From positions 2,728,001 to 2,792,000 of the forward strand of contig VJWM01000025.1 of the NCBI GenBank assembly GCA_010909165.1: DNA of 64,000 bases, given 5' to 3'. Source of the stretch: Anthoceros angustus. Lineage: Eukaryota; Plantae; Anthocerotophyta. The position numbers and the translations under genes were made by a program. How positions within the stretch are numbered: position 1 is the first letter of the stretch; each line of letters begins with the position of its first letter. The notes beneath the pieces were generated by a model. The model had not been told where the DNA came from. It did no database searches and saw nothing but the letters and a program-made list of their open reading frames with translations. This document shows positions 10,887 to 22,115 of the stretch, piece after piece.

Positions 10887-13779
10887 TTGCGCGTCTCCGA
10901 GTCGCGTTCCTCCAGCACCAGCTTTTCCTTTTTCCCGCGCAGGAGCCAGGCCGGGTTCATTCCAGGCCCGCCCCATCGCTTCCCGAGCAGACGGTCTTCA
11001 AACCCGGTTCCAGGCAGCTTCCGGAGCGGGCGATCGATGAGGAGGAAGGAATGTAAGCGCAGCAGATGGCGCGCACGAGGAAGAAGCGTATAGAAACAGA
11101 GCGCAGGACTGTGGCGTGCTGCTGGCCCGCGCTGGGGCTCGGGCTCGGGCTTGGGGGCAGCTCGCTGCCGCAAAATGCAATGCTCGCTCCAGGCTCCAGA
11201 AGCTCGGGTACAGCCGACTGGGCCACATGAAACGAGGCGAGGGCGAGCAGGACGGGCCCGGATCGCTTTCACCTTTCAGCTTTCAGGCTACCATTATTCC
11301 AAGGCGCTAAGTGAAAAACAGCGCCAGGTTCCGCTTTATTAGTGATGGGGCAACGGCATCGGCTAGGGAAGGCTGCAACCTGTCTGTTTGCACTGCGCCA
11401 TTTTTAGCCACCCAAGCATGCGCTTTTTCGTTCCGCTCTCACAATCCAGTGGACGCCCCGACCGTCCCGCCTGTGGCCGTTCAACCGAACATTTTTCAAA
11501 TCCCGAGCGAAATTCTGCACTCCTGGTCCTTAGCCAGCCGTGCCACATTTGTGGCTCAGCATGCCTGCTGAGTAAGATGGATGACTGGATTTAAGGATCT
11601 ATTGATTTATTAGCAGATAATACAGCTTTGTGGCGCCTTTCTGTCCACTAAATTACAGCCACAAAACTGCCATGTCAAACTCCACTACATAGAACCAAAG
11701 TACAATTTTGTCATTTTCTTAGAAATCAAGAAAATTACTTAGAAGAAAGAGCTTCTCATGTTGACATTTTGTGAATTCGCTTTGATGACAACTTCAGTTT
11801 GGCTCATTGGTAGAACTCACTTTGCGTCTTGTGTCTAAAAGTTCCTTTTCACTCAGTAGTATACAAAGAATAAAAATACATAATCACTATACTTGTATAG
11901 TAAGACTCATTTCTGTCTTGTACTTAAAAATCATTCTTCACAACAAAAGTCTAAGTTGTTTGTCAGTTGAAAGTGTACATATAACATTCACCTACGAATA
12001 TGATGAACTTTTGTACAATATGTACCAGGAAGTGCATTCTTTGTACCTTGTTGTCCAGCCTCAAAAATATTTCCTCTCTCGTGTGAGATACAAGTGTGGT
12101 ATCGGTCAAAATTTGGTTGGTATCTTTAGGTATTGGTCATATATGCAAACGGTTTGAACAAAAAGACATGATATGAATAGAAAAGCTTTCTGGATATACA
12201 TGAAGGACAATCTTCTTCTTGGGTTTGTAATAAGTTAGACAAAAGTTGAACTGGGTGCCTAGAAGGTAGGTAGGTATATATAGCAGCACATTTATCGATA
12301 ATATATTAGATTCCAATTTTTCACCCATCTCCAAAAAGTTAGAGGAAGAATCTTAGCATCCGGCTGGAGTCCCGTGTGTCTTGTCCTGAGCGCTTGGAAA
12401 GATGGAGTTGGATATGTGGAGACGAGCCAATATGAATGTGGAAACACGATGGACATGCAGAGCCGGGCTAATGGGGACAGGGTACGTGGTATCGGGTACA
12501 AGCGCTGTTTGAGTCCGTACCAAGGGCATGCACCTCGAGGCATCTGGGAGTAACGCCAAGGCTGCTCAGGCACGCAACCTGTTACACCCCACATGGCAGC
12601 AGGACAGTGGTGAGTGTGGCATTGCCTGAATATTCTTCCTGGCGTCACTGCATCGGACCTGTCATGGGTCACCAAGCGTCGGGACTCCGCAGGGGAGCAT
12701 GGCATGGCATGTCAGAGTTGCCGGCAACGCCTCATTTCTCGAGGCTTTTCATCAGCAAACGGTAATGAAGATCAAGTTTCAGATTTGGAGAGTCTCAATT
12801 CCCGCAACAGGCACGGATGAATATGCCTGCACCCTCCTGGATTCAAGCCATGGCCATGGCAGGCAGGAAGTGGGATGATCAGACCGTGCGTGCACTGCTC
12901 AGCTCATTCACTTAGCATGTGGGTCACGCACCAGGCATCGTGCCAGTGCAGGAGAGAGAGACTGCATTACATACGTGTCGAGGCTCTGTAAGGAGTCATC
13001 ACCTTTGCACTCCTGTCACCGTACCTGTGCGGATGGGGACTGAAGAGCCGATAACGATTCCCTTCCGCTCACGTAATCGCTTTCAGTACTGGCCTGCAAG
13101 CAGACGAGGGATTCAGGTCAGGGAGCACCCTTCTGCTCCCTACAAGAGGCGTGGGAAGAGAGATTACAGGCGGCTGCTGATCTGAAGGATTCTGCGCTAC
13201 CTCCAGATTCCTGTGCTCACATCAAGCATGACGCACCCTCTGCTCTGCCCATCTCTGTCCTCTCATTCGTTGTTGCACCACCAACCTCACCTTCCGATAG
13301 TATCCCAAAAGACACCCAACAACTATCACCTTCTGTTGACCTGCTGGAAAGGCCTCGTTACGTTCCTGTCCAGCAGCAGGAGCAGGAGGTAGGTTGGTGG
13401 CCTGAGAGGCATAAGCCACTCTGCCTCTTAGAGTAGGTCAGTAGTAGGTTCAGTCTCAGTGAACAAGCCAAGGTCCAAGGGCTTTTTCTCGTGACCATTG
13501 CTCTGAATAAATCTGGACACCCAGTTACACACTCTCTCGACAACTTACTAGAAAAGATTGCTGCCAGTCCCTCGGCAAGTTGCCCACCATCTCAGAAGTA
13601 GAAGAAGAAAGAACCGAAGGGTGGGCCATTTAAGCATACTCGCTATGCAACACGGTGTCTGCCTTGGCTGCAAACAGAAACTGCCAAATCCTAAATGAGG
13701 GAAGGCATGGCGAGGAACACCTGAAGTCTGCGATAGTATTTCAGCTAACCTAATGCAGCCAATCAAAACCACAATGTTG

Positions 13780-15061
13780 TCAGCTTCTTTCTGGCCCCAA
13801 GTAGCGTCCCGGCTGATCACTCAGCACAATCCGGAACGTGAGGTTGATTCGCACCCCACACACTTTGGCCCTCTTTGGAACCGAGTGTTGCCAGTCTCGC
13901 TGCATATTGCCCTTCATGACCAGCAGAGACCCATGCTTGAGGAGGAAAGAATACTGATCTTTAATTTCTTGCTTGGGAGGCGAGCTGCAGGCCTTGCCAC
14001 CACAATTCAGCCGCTTCCTTTTGGCTTCACCAAACCCTACGTCCTCCCTGCCATGGCAGCAACCCCCTGCAACTGTGCCTTCACAGATGCAGTCACAGCA
14101 TTCAACAGCTGATCCTGCTGCTCCTTCCTCCGCCTGCGGCCTGTAGTGCTTCTTCCTTCTCACCAGGAAGTCCCTTTCCGCTCCAAGCGTCACCGAAGCA
14201 ATCAGGGGCGTGGGTCCGAAAACCTTGGTGTCATCGCTGTGCCAGCTGACGTGATCAGCGCCGTCGGCGTACCGATTGAGCAGCACGCTGTTGAACCTGG
14301 TGCCTGGCAAAGCTCTGTGCACCTGGTGAGGTGACACCGACCCGATCAGTGGCAATGTTCTCAGATTCTCTTCTCAGCCAAGTCGGTTGCTACAACCAGA
14401 GAGAAATAGGGCGTTCTGTCCGCCACTTACTTGGTCCAAAATCCGGCAAAGAACCGGGTAATCCTCCCAGAAGCACACGGAGGGCTCATGCCCGTTGTAC
14501 CTCACTGTCGGCAGATTCCTGTCCGCCACATACGCCGACTGCCTCGGCTGCAACCAGCGATGTCACACGGTTGGTGAGGCCGATTAGGGCAGGAGGAGCA
14601 CCATCCCAAGCACATGACTGTCTGAACCTGTGAGCGAATTTGCCCGTGGATGAGAAGGGAAGGCCGGGACCAAGGCATGTCTCTGTCCAGCTGTTTGAGC
14701 CATCCATCAGCCTCCACCGGGTCCAGAAACCGTGGGTAGAATAGAATCTCCGACCCTGCTCCCAGATCCACCCGCGTTGCCGACCTGATCTGCTCATACT
14801 GCACTCACAGCGATCCAGGTTACCGTAGGCACAGAATCCAACCCCCCGAGTCCAGCAGCAAGAAGCTTCCTCACCACCTCCAAATGCACGACGGAAGGAG
14901 ACAAAGTGTTGTACTACTTCCCACCCCAGGTTTGGACTTGGTAACTGCTGATTCTGTGCGCTTTCCGTGGACCTCTTGTGCCACAGCAGCTATTATGTTG
15001 CTGCGCCCACTCTCGCCTCGGCGGGCGCAAAGAAGGATCGGATGCTGGTCTGAACTACCAT
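13780..15061 (-). CDS. ALKBH2: AlkB-family 2OG-Fe(II) DNA demethylase, ALKBH2-like
   Basis: Exons: 15061-15011 MVVQTSIRSFFAPAEAR (first exon inferred); RVDLGAGSEILFYPRFL...WSRPSLLIHGQIRSQ; PRQSAYVAD...YNGHEP; FNSVLLNRYADGADHVSWHSDD (HxD), ASVTLGAERDF, LKHGSLLVMKGNMQRDWQHSVPKR (His), RINLTFR (RxxxxxR). Stop at 13780. Confidence 0.92.
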
Positions 15062-15731
15062 TCAACCTTTCTGCTTCCTATCACCGACATGGACAATTTA
15101 AACACTATGTGCTTTTAAGAACGCACGACTGCTGCATATGTGTTTAATACGTTAGTAGGACATCCTGTGCTTGGCGTAACCAGTCATTTGTGGATTGATG
15201 ACGATGTCCTCTCCGCAGCAACTTGTGGAATAGGGGGTTCTCTGGGACAGGTAATCGCGGAGTTCAGGTCGGACCCTACCCGGTAGAAGCATCAAAAGAC
15301 TTGAGCAGCACGCCAGATATGCATAGCTGATCTGGAATGCTTATTAGCACCAGGCAATCTGGGCAGCTTGTCTTTAATTACAAAGGCTCCACACGTATAA
15401 AATCAGAAACAAAGTGTGCTATACCTATGAGAAACAAGCTGGCCCGGAGCTGACTGCAGCAGCTGACTAGAGGCTGCTGCCGCCACAAAAAGCTGAAATG
15501 CAAAGCTCTAATATTAACTGCCGCACACATATTGTACAAAGAGCAAATTGAATCAATTTGGATGAAAGAATGTCCGAGCGGGCAAGCAAACCTGCAGTGA
15601 ACAAAAGGACGAGTGTTAGCTTCGACTTCGCATCACCCACAAGACCCATCCCAACAGGCTCACTACTAACCGCTTGTTTTAATGACTCATAACATAGATT
15701 GATATTAGAAGACAGCAACCAGCCGCTCCAG

Positions 15732-17628
15732 CTACCCATCCATCGGAACGGTACCAAAAATACGATCCCACAAGGGAGATGTAATCCCGAATCCATCAGT
15801 CTGCACTTTGAAATGGTGATTCAAGTGGTACCTCTGACAGCAGAAAGAAACCATCTTCGATTAGTTAGCTGAGAGACAGGCCTGAACACTTCCGGTCAGG
15901 GATGGACAAAAACAAAGTCATCCTTTATGTACCTTCAGTTTTTTGATGGAGTTACTGAACGGTGCTCCATGATGTAGGAAATAATGGGTAACATCGTACA
16001 CGACATATCCCAGCAGTCCTCCTCCAAACACCGATGGAACAGCAGTATATGGACACACTGCTTTCAAGATGCCCCAAAACTGGCATATTCAACAGATTCA
16101 GCATACACTAGGAGTCATATAAGCTGCTGTGAGCTTTGATTCCACCACTTCCAGAGCATACAACCAGAAAAGAGCAAACATGCACGGCGGACGGAAGGGT
16201 GTGCCGTTTGTTCCATACCACAGCACAGAAGAGAGATGTAAATACTGGTGGAAATACAAGACGGTAGCCATCCATGGGGTGCTTATGATGGCAGCCATGT
16301 AGAAGATAGTGCAAAGTGTTTCCCCTGTCAGCAGGAACAAATGTGATACCGGTGTGGTGTTCATAGAAAGGTCAGACAAATCTGATTAGGAGAGCCGAAG
16401 TGCCTTACCAATAAGTAGTCGTCTTGATATGGAAAAGGAAACGGTGTAAGCTGTACTCCAGAAACGACCACAGTAGAACGCCTAAAAAAAATGTGCCCGG
16501 GAGAGTTGACAACGCGAGGCCTCTTTGGAGGGCTAGACGTTGCGTGAATAGAACTACTGGCAACCAGACAATTGGTATTATCCACCACACTGTCCGTGTG
16601 AAGTACTGCAACAATGAGGACATCATCATCATAAGTGATGTATGTGTGTCCAAAATGCGTTCCAAAACACATCACGGGAAGTGAAAGGTTCCACAGTGAA
16701 CCAGGTAACCCACCTCACAGAAATCACTAGCAAAGAATCGTGGACTCTCTTTGGAAACAATCGGTTGATGCACCCACTTCTGATAATCTTCACCAAGGTG
16801 CCCAACCTAGTGAAAAATATCTGGTGTTAGCCACTGGAACTATCTGTCAGTTGCAGCAAGCGGCTGGCCATCCCGTTCGAAAAGAACATACCTGGAACAC
16901 AAGAGGTTTGTTGAGATCGACCGTGAAGCTCTTGGGTTTTGATTTGCCATTTGGGACTGCATCATTTGGCCTGAAACTGCAAAAAAAAAAAAACGATACA
17001 TGCGTTCAATCCTATGTACCAGTGGACGCAGCTGCTGGGGCCCTGGAGTCGTTCACTACCTGCTGCTGTGAACGACTCCACCAACATAGAACTGCTGCAA
17101 CATGTCGAAAGCAGCTTGGCTGTGAGAATGGGCATCCAGGGTGCCCACACCCTTCATCAACTCGCCCACATCTTTCCCTTGCAGACTTTCCAAGATCACC
17201 TATCACAGACAGATGCGAATCCCAGATCACAGAGCGGAACCCGAGCGAAACTAATGCAGTCATGGAGCTACAACACACAACTGCCGCTCGCATAGCAATG
17301 CTCGTTTGTCCTCGGGCATTCCGCAGACCCAAAACCACCACCTCCCAGATCGACATTCTCAGACCACGTTAGATACCTCTGGACCGCCTGGATGGTTGTG
17401 AAGAAAATCTGTAACATCATAAGCCTTTCCGAACACCGGGATCCAGGCATCTTCCTCCGTCCGATGCCTGGCAACCTCCTCCATGGAAAACATTTTCAGC
17501 TGCGAACGCGACTCAGCTGATGCTCCATTTTGCCCCACATCTGCGGCAATGTCCGAGACCACTGCCGCACCTGCAGCGCCGCAGGCATCGTCGGGGATGC
17601 GAGCCGCGAGGGGCCGGTTGCGGAGCAT
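15732..17628 (-). CDS. FAH: Sphingolipid fatty-acid 2-hydroxylase with fused N-terminal cytochrome b5 domain (FA2H/Scs7 architecture)
   Basis: ATG 17628; cyt b5 FSMEEVARH...DAWIPVFGKAYDVTDFLHNHPGG and second heme His in DAHSHSQAAFDMLQQFYVG; then [67 protein letters not shown]...FGITSPLWDRIFGT (four His boxes). TAG 15734-15732. Confidence 0.95.
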
Positions 17629-17883
17629 GGCAGATCAAGCGCGAAGGCCCCCAGCTCTGCGGCAATCCTGACTGCTTTCAAACGGGGCTCCAGTCTTTCC
17701 TATAGGGTCGCCCGTTAGTAGTCAGGTTCCCCCGCCGTACCGGGAACCGGTAACCAGGCCGTCAGCCGGTTGGCGGGTTCTCATTCTCAAGGCTTCCCCG
17801 CGCGGCGTGGACGCGCGTAATCGCGGAGGCGAGGGCGGCGTCGTCGTCTTCGGAGCTTGCGATTCGTTGACAAGGCGAGAGAG
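17629..17883. promoter_or_regulatory. Probable shared (bidirectional) promoter/5' leader region between FAH and RAR1
   Basis: Only 255 bp separate the divergent ATGs (17628 minus, 17884 plus). Function is inferred; no TSS data. Confidence 0.6.
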
Positions 17884-19180
17884 ATGTCTGTGACGCGGGT
17901 GAGATGCCAGCGGATAGGATGCGATGCCATGTTCTTGCCGGAGGAGAACGAGGACGATTCTGCTTGCATCTATCACCCCGGGGTATGTGCTGATGTGATC
18001 CCTTGGAGCAAGCTTCCATGGCAATTTGGAGTTGTAGATCTAAGAGGCCGCTAGGAAGTGAGTCCGGTTCGTCATGTTTTAGACGGATTTTAGCCTTGGA
18101 ACGGGACCAGCAGCAGCAACAGTGCAAAATTTCGGTTAATTGGACATGCTGCAAGGCTGACAGATTATGTCTGGTGCTTCTGGGATGGGATTTGCGGGGC
18201 TGGATTTTTCCGCTGCTATCTCTGCTACATAGCCGGTGAGTTTCGGTTTGGTTTGCATGTTCTTGCAATTTGAGGATAGTGATGTCTTGAGCGTCAGTCT
18301 GACAGCCGACTTGTAACCTCTCAGCCCTTGTTTCATGACGGCGGGAAGGAATGGGCTTGCTGCAAACAGCGGAGCCACGATTTCAGTTTGTTCCTGGAGC
18401 TCCCGGGGTAATGCTGGTCGCAGTCGGAGAAAATTAGGGCATTCAGTTGTTGTGCTCAGCTGGAGTAGGTGCTTGCTTGAATTTTCCCTGTCCCGCCAAA
18501 AAAATGCTGAGGAGTTTTAGCTGCCTTTGCCTTGCAGGTGCAAAAAGGGGAAGCATACTACTGAAAAGCCTGTGTTAGCAACAAAGGCAAAACCCGCCCC
18601 CAAGCCAGTTGCAGCGCCAGTAAGCAAGGAGGCATGCTCTAGATGTAAACAGGGATTCTTCTGCGCAGATCATGGTGAGCCTCCTTTCAGCTTATGGCAC
18701 CTTCCGTTGGATGCAAGATAGCTAGCTGCTTGGATATTCCAATAGTGACTCGCATGTGTAAATGGTGTGCTGCAGGAACCCCTGCAAAACCTCTAGCAAC
18801 GACAAACTCTTCTCGACTTTCAGCCAGTACTCCTGTGCAGGTTCCCACACCAGCAGCTGCCCCTCCCAAAATTCTGGACCTTGATGCCAAACAGCAGTGC
18901 AAACATCATGGCTGCGGTAGCACATTCACTGAAAGGGAGAATCATGACACTGCTTGTCACTACCATCCTGGTCCTCCAGTTTTCCACGATAGATCCAGAG
19001 GAGTAAGTGGTCGTCTCACTCCACCTGCTCATGTACACTTTCGCGCTTATACGATTCTTGCAATGCTCACCTTGGCTGTGTTTGCTGGTCGTGTTGCAGT
19101 GGGCATGCTGTGATGTTCATGTCAAGGAGTTCGACGAGTTCATGGCTATTCCTCCCTGTGCAAAGGGTTGGCACACTTGA
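17884..19180 (+). CDS. RAR1: RAR1 (CHORD-I / CCCH / CHORD-II zinc-binding HSP90-SGT1 co-chaperone)
   Basis: MSVTRVRCQRIGCDAMF...ACIYHPG | PLFHDGGKEWACCKQRSHDFSLFLELPG | CKKGKHTTEKP...CSRCKQGFFCADHG | ...QCKHHGCGSTF...ACHYHPGPPVFHDRSRG | WACCDVHVKEFDEFMAIPPCAKGWHT*. TGA 19178-19180. Confidence 0.97.
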
Positions 19181-19787
19181 TGACTAGTTGTTTTCCCGCG
19201 CCGCATCCTAATTGTTTTCGCAAACGACATCGTTTTCAGCTAGCTGGCATGAATCTGCTTCTGAAAATGTCGTCCCGAACCAGTCGTCCAGTGCCGGTTC
19301 TGCCTGTCGGTGTTTTATTCTAGCAATTGTGCAGTGGGATCCAAATTGATCTTCGCAGAAACGACTTCGGAAGTTGAAACGTACAGTGCAACCTTTGTAA
19401 GTTATTGGTTGGATAAATGTGTCCGTTCGTCCATCGGTCGCGCCAACATGTGCCCTAGTCTCTGTCTTATCTACCCTCCTTCGCAACTGCATGTTTTTTT
19501 CGGAAGCACTCGTCTGCTGTGCTGTGACTACCCCTCTGCTTGTGGCCAGGTAAGCGGAGAAGACGAATACCACCACGCTTCATGCTTGCTGAGTTCCCCC
19601 AGTCTCCATCCTTGTTGTATCTTGCACCACATGCATTGCGCAGATGTAACCCTTTGCATGTCGGAATTCCATCATGTTTGTATGTGGGATGGGTTGAATC
19701 AAGCTGAAGTGTGAATTTCGCAGATCAGGGACGAGCATCTGTTGAATTGTCGAGAATCGCGCTGGTCCACGTGTGCTGCTCCGACGA

Positions 19788-20468
19788 ATGGCTTGCGCTC
19801 TGCAGCTGTTAGTGCTGCCGCCCGGCCGGTATCTGTCTGATCATGGCGGTGAGATCAAGTTGTTGTGCTTTTCTGTTCCGCATTCCGTCCGCCGTGTTTG
19901 AGAACTGGAATTCCCGACACCCAGCTGAAGAATCTGGATAGGGTCTTTTTAAATGGAGGAGTACATTGCAGGCTTGGATGCACGGGGAAACGTTCGTTGG
20001 ACTCCATGCCGAGCTGGTGTCCGCAATCTGCGGGCGGCAGCTGCACCGGGTTCTGGCGGGGGCTTGCTCGAGAAACCCACTATAGAGAGAACCACTCCCG
20101 GTCGTGAGTCGGAGTTCGATCTGCGGTAGGCTGTCTTGTCTTAAGTTAGAGCTTCTTGCCGCAATCTTGTGCCTATGCTCCTTATGCTGCGCATGTCTCG
20201 TTGCAGAAAGTCTCGCAAAATGTCTCCTCCTTACCGAGTGATGCTTCACAACGACAACTTCAACAAGAGGGAGTATGTCGTCCAAGTGCTGATGAAAGTT
20301 ATACCAGGGATGACGGTTGACAATGCTGTAAACATCATGCAAGAGGCTCACGTGAATGGGCTGGCAGTGGTGATCATTTGTGGACAGGCTGATGCAGAGG
20401 AGCACTGTTTGCAGTTAAGGGGAAATGGTCTTTACAGCTCTGTCGAACCAGCCAATGGAGGGTGCTAG
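19788..20468 (+). CDS. CLPS1: Plastid Clp protease adaptor ClpS (N-recognin), 3 exons, probable transit peptide
   Basis: Exon 19788-19848 (start inferred from intron phase); exon ...GGGLLEKPTIERTTPGRESEFDLR; last exon KSRKMSPPYRVMLHNDNFNKREYVVQVLMKVIPGMTVDNAVNIMQEAHVNG...SSVEPANGGC*. Confidence 0.93.
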
Positions 20469-21512
20469 TACCAGGCATCATGACGTCTTGTGATTCAATT
20501 TATAGCTGTCCCTCAGCAATGTATACTATTAAGCACAGACTCTGGAGGGCATGGTGGAAGTGCTTCTACCCACCACATGACGCGACTCACCAAACTACGC
20601 GGTACACATTGAACTGCATGTATATACGTAAGTGCCAACCCTTACTGTACTCTACAATTTTAGGTCTACACGCAGTGTGTCGTATGCAAAACCCTGCACA
20701 CTCTGCTTTGCAAGGCTACAAGCTGGGACCGGCGAACGACTTCCTTCTGTCTGCTCTATCTGCCATTTTTGTTGCACGGCTTTGAGCAAGACAAGTATCT
20801 GTAGAAAATGCGTCCAACAAGCTGCTGAGCCCCTAAAGCAGGGTGGCATTGCAGTCCATGACAAACTCTTTGGACGGGTAGACGGTAAAATGTGGCGGCA
20901 GTCAGTTGTAGAGTTGGGTTATTGTATAGCTTTTCCTGACTGAGTTCATACGTATCTCTGAGTACCTCGTACTTCCTACATGGAAAGGTTGGGAACAACC
21001 ACTGTGCTTATGTCTGCAGTATTTGGTTGTTTCTCTGGTGCAATTGTATGCACGCAGCGCAGCGATATTTTTAGCAATGTCTTAGAACTTTTGTACACTG
21101 CGATCTTATGTTAGTGCAAACCGATATTAGGCACTGATCAAACGGCCATAGGAGTCTTGGCTTAGAGCATATGGAGAAGTTTTGTGGCAGTCTGTAGTTC
21201 AGAGGTCATGCATCTGGAGACCTCTTGTAGCTGTCTTTGTCCAGTGCAGACATTATGCCTCTGCAGCTGTCTTGGAACAGCCTTTGGTTCAGACCTTATT
21301 TGGAAACGTCTGGTTACGGTATCTGGCTCAGAGCTTATGGTACAGTCTCTTTTGACCATTCCAGTCATATTTTTTTATATTTTTTGTAGTTTAGTCTTTT
21401 AGTGGTTGATAGTGTCCGATACTTTCTGTGGAGGACAATGTCTATGTCTCGGACCAAGAACATTTGTCTGTCGGACAGCAAAAGTGTAAACAGAGGCACA
21501 GCTAGCCCATGC

Positions 21513-21707
21513 CACATTGCACGACCCGCCACTGTTCCGCATCGCACGACATGGCACTTTTCCACATCGCACGATCCAGCACTGGTTCACATCGCACGAC
21601 CTTCTGCACCGTTTCACATCGCACGATCTTTGGCTGTGTTTCACATCGCACGATCTTAGGCTGTACTTCACATCGCACGGGCTTCTGCTCCGTTTCACAT
21701 CCCACGA
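21513..21707. repeat. 8-unit minisatellite, 12-nt core CACATCGCACGA with 13-15 nt variable spacers (period 25,25,25,27,27,27,27)
   Basis: Cores start at 21513, 21538, 21563, 21588, 21615, 21642, 21669 and 21696. Confidence 0.92.
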
Positions 21708-22115
21708 TCTCACATGCATACGTTGCCGTGAAAGGCAGACTTCACTGCGCCTGCCTTCCTCGTGCATGTTAATAAGAACGGTCATCAATATACGTTATCA
21801 CTGATCAGTTGGGTGCAAGCGACACCCGAGTTCAAAGGTCAATCGTCAACCTACGCCTCAAGAATATGTACAAAGTTAATCCGCCAAAACCCAGTGACTC
21901 TCCCCTAATTACTAAGTTAGTTTTCGTGACCTTCAATCGGGTTAGACGACACAAAATCGTTCCAAACAGCTCAGAAGTACACAAAACCAGCTCACCCAGG
22001 CCGTGCATGCGGGCTCGACCAGGATGGATGGACCTGAACCTAAGCCTGAAACACTGCACCGAAGCAACAAAACCTGCCAGCATGCGTGACACGCAGTACT
22101 CCCTTTCCGAGACAA

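Noticed and set aside
11300-12350. RNA gene or MITE in the AT-rich stretch upstream of AHA
   Set aside because: No tRNA, snoRNA or rRNA motifs, terminal inverted repeats or TSD could be identified by eye.
20632-20943. Cys-rich ORF downstream of ClpS as a zinc-finger gene
   Set aside because: Cys spacing matches no family I recognise, there is no supporting exon structure, and it lies in likely 3' UTR or intergenic sequence.
21513-21707. CRISPR array call for the core/spacer repeat
   Set aside because: The repeat (12 nt) and spacers (13-15 nt) are far below CRISPR sizes, spacers are related to each other, there are no cas genes, and the context is an intron-containing plant genome.
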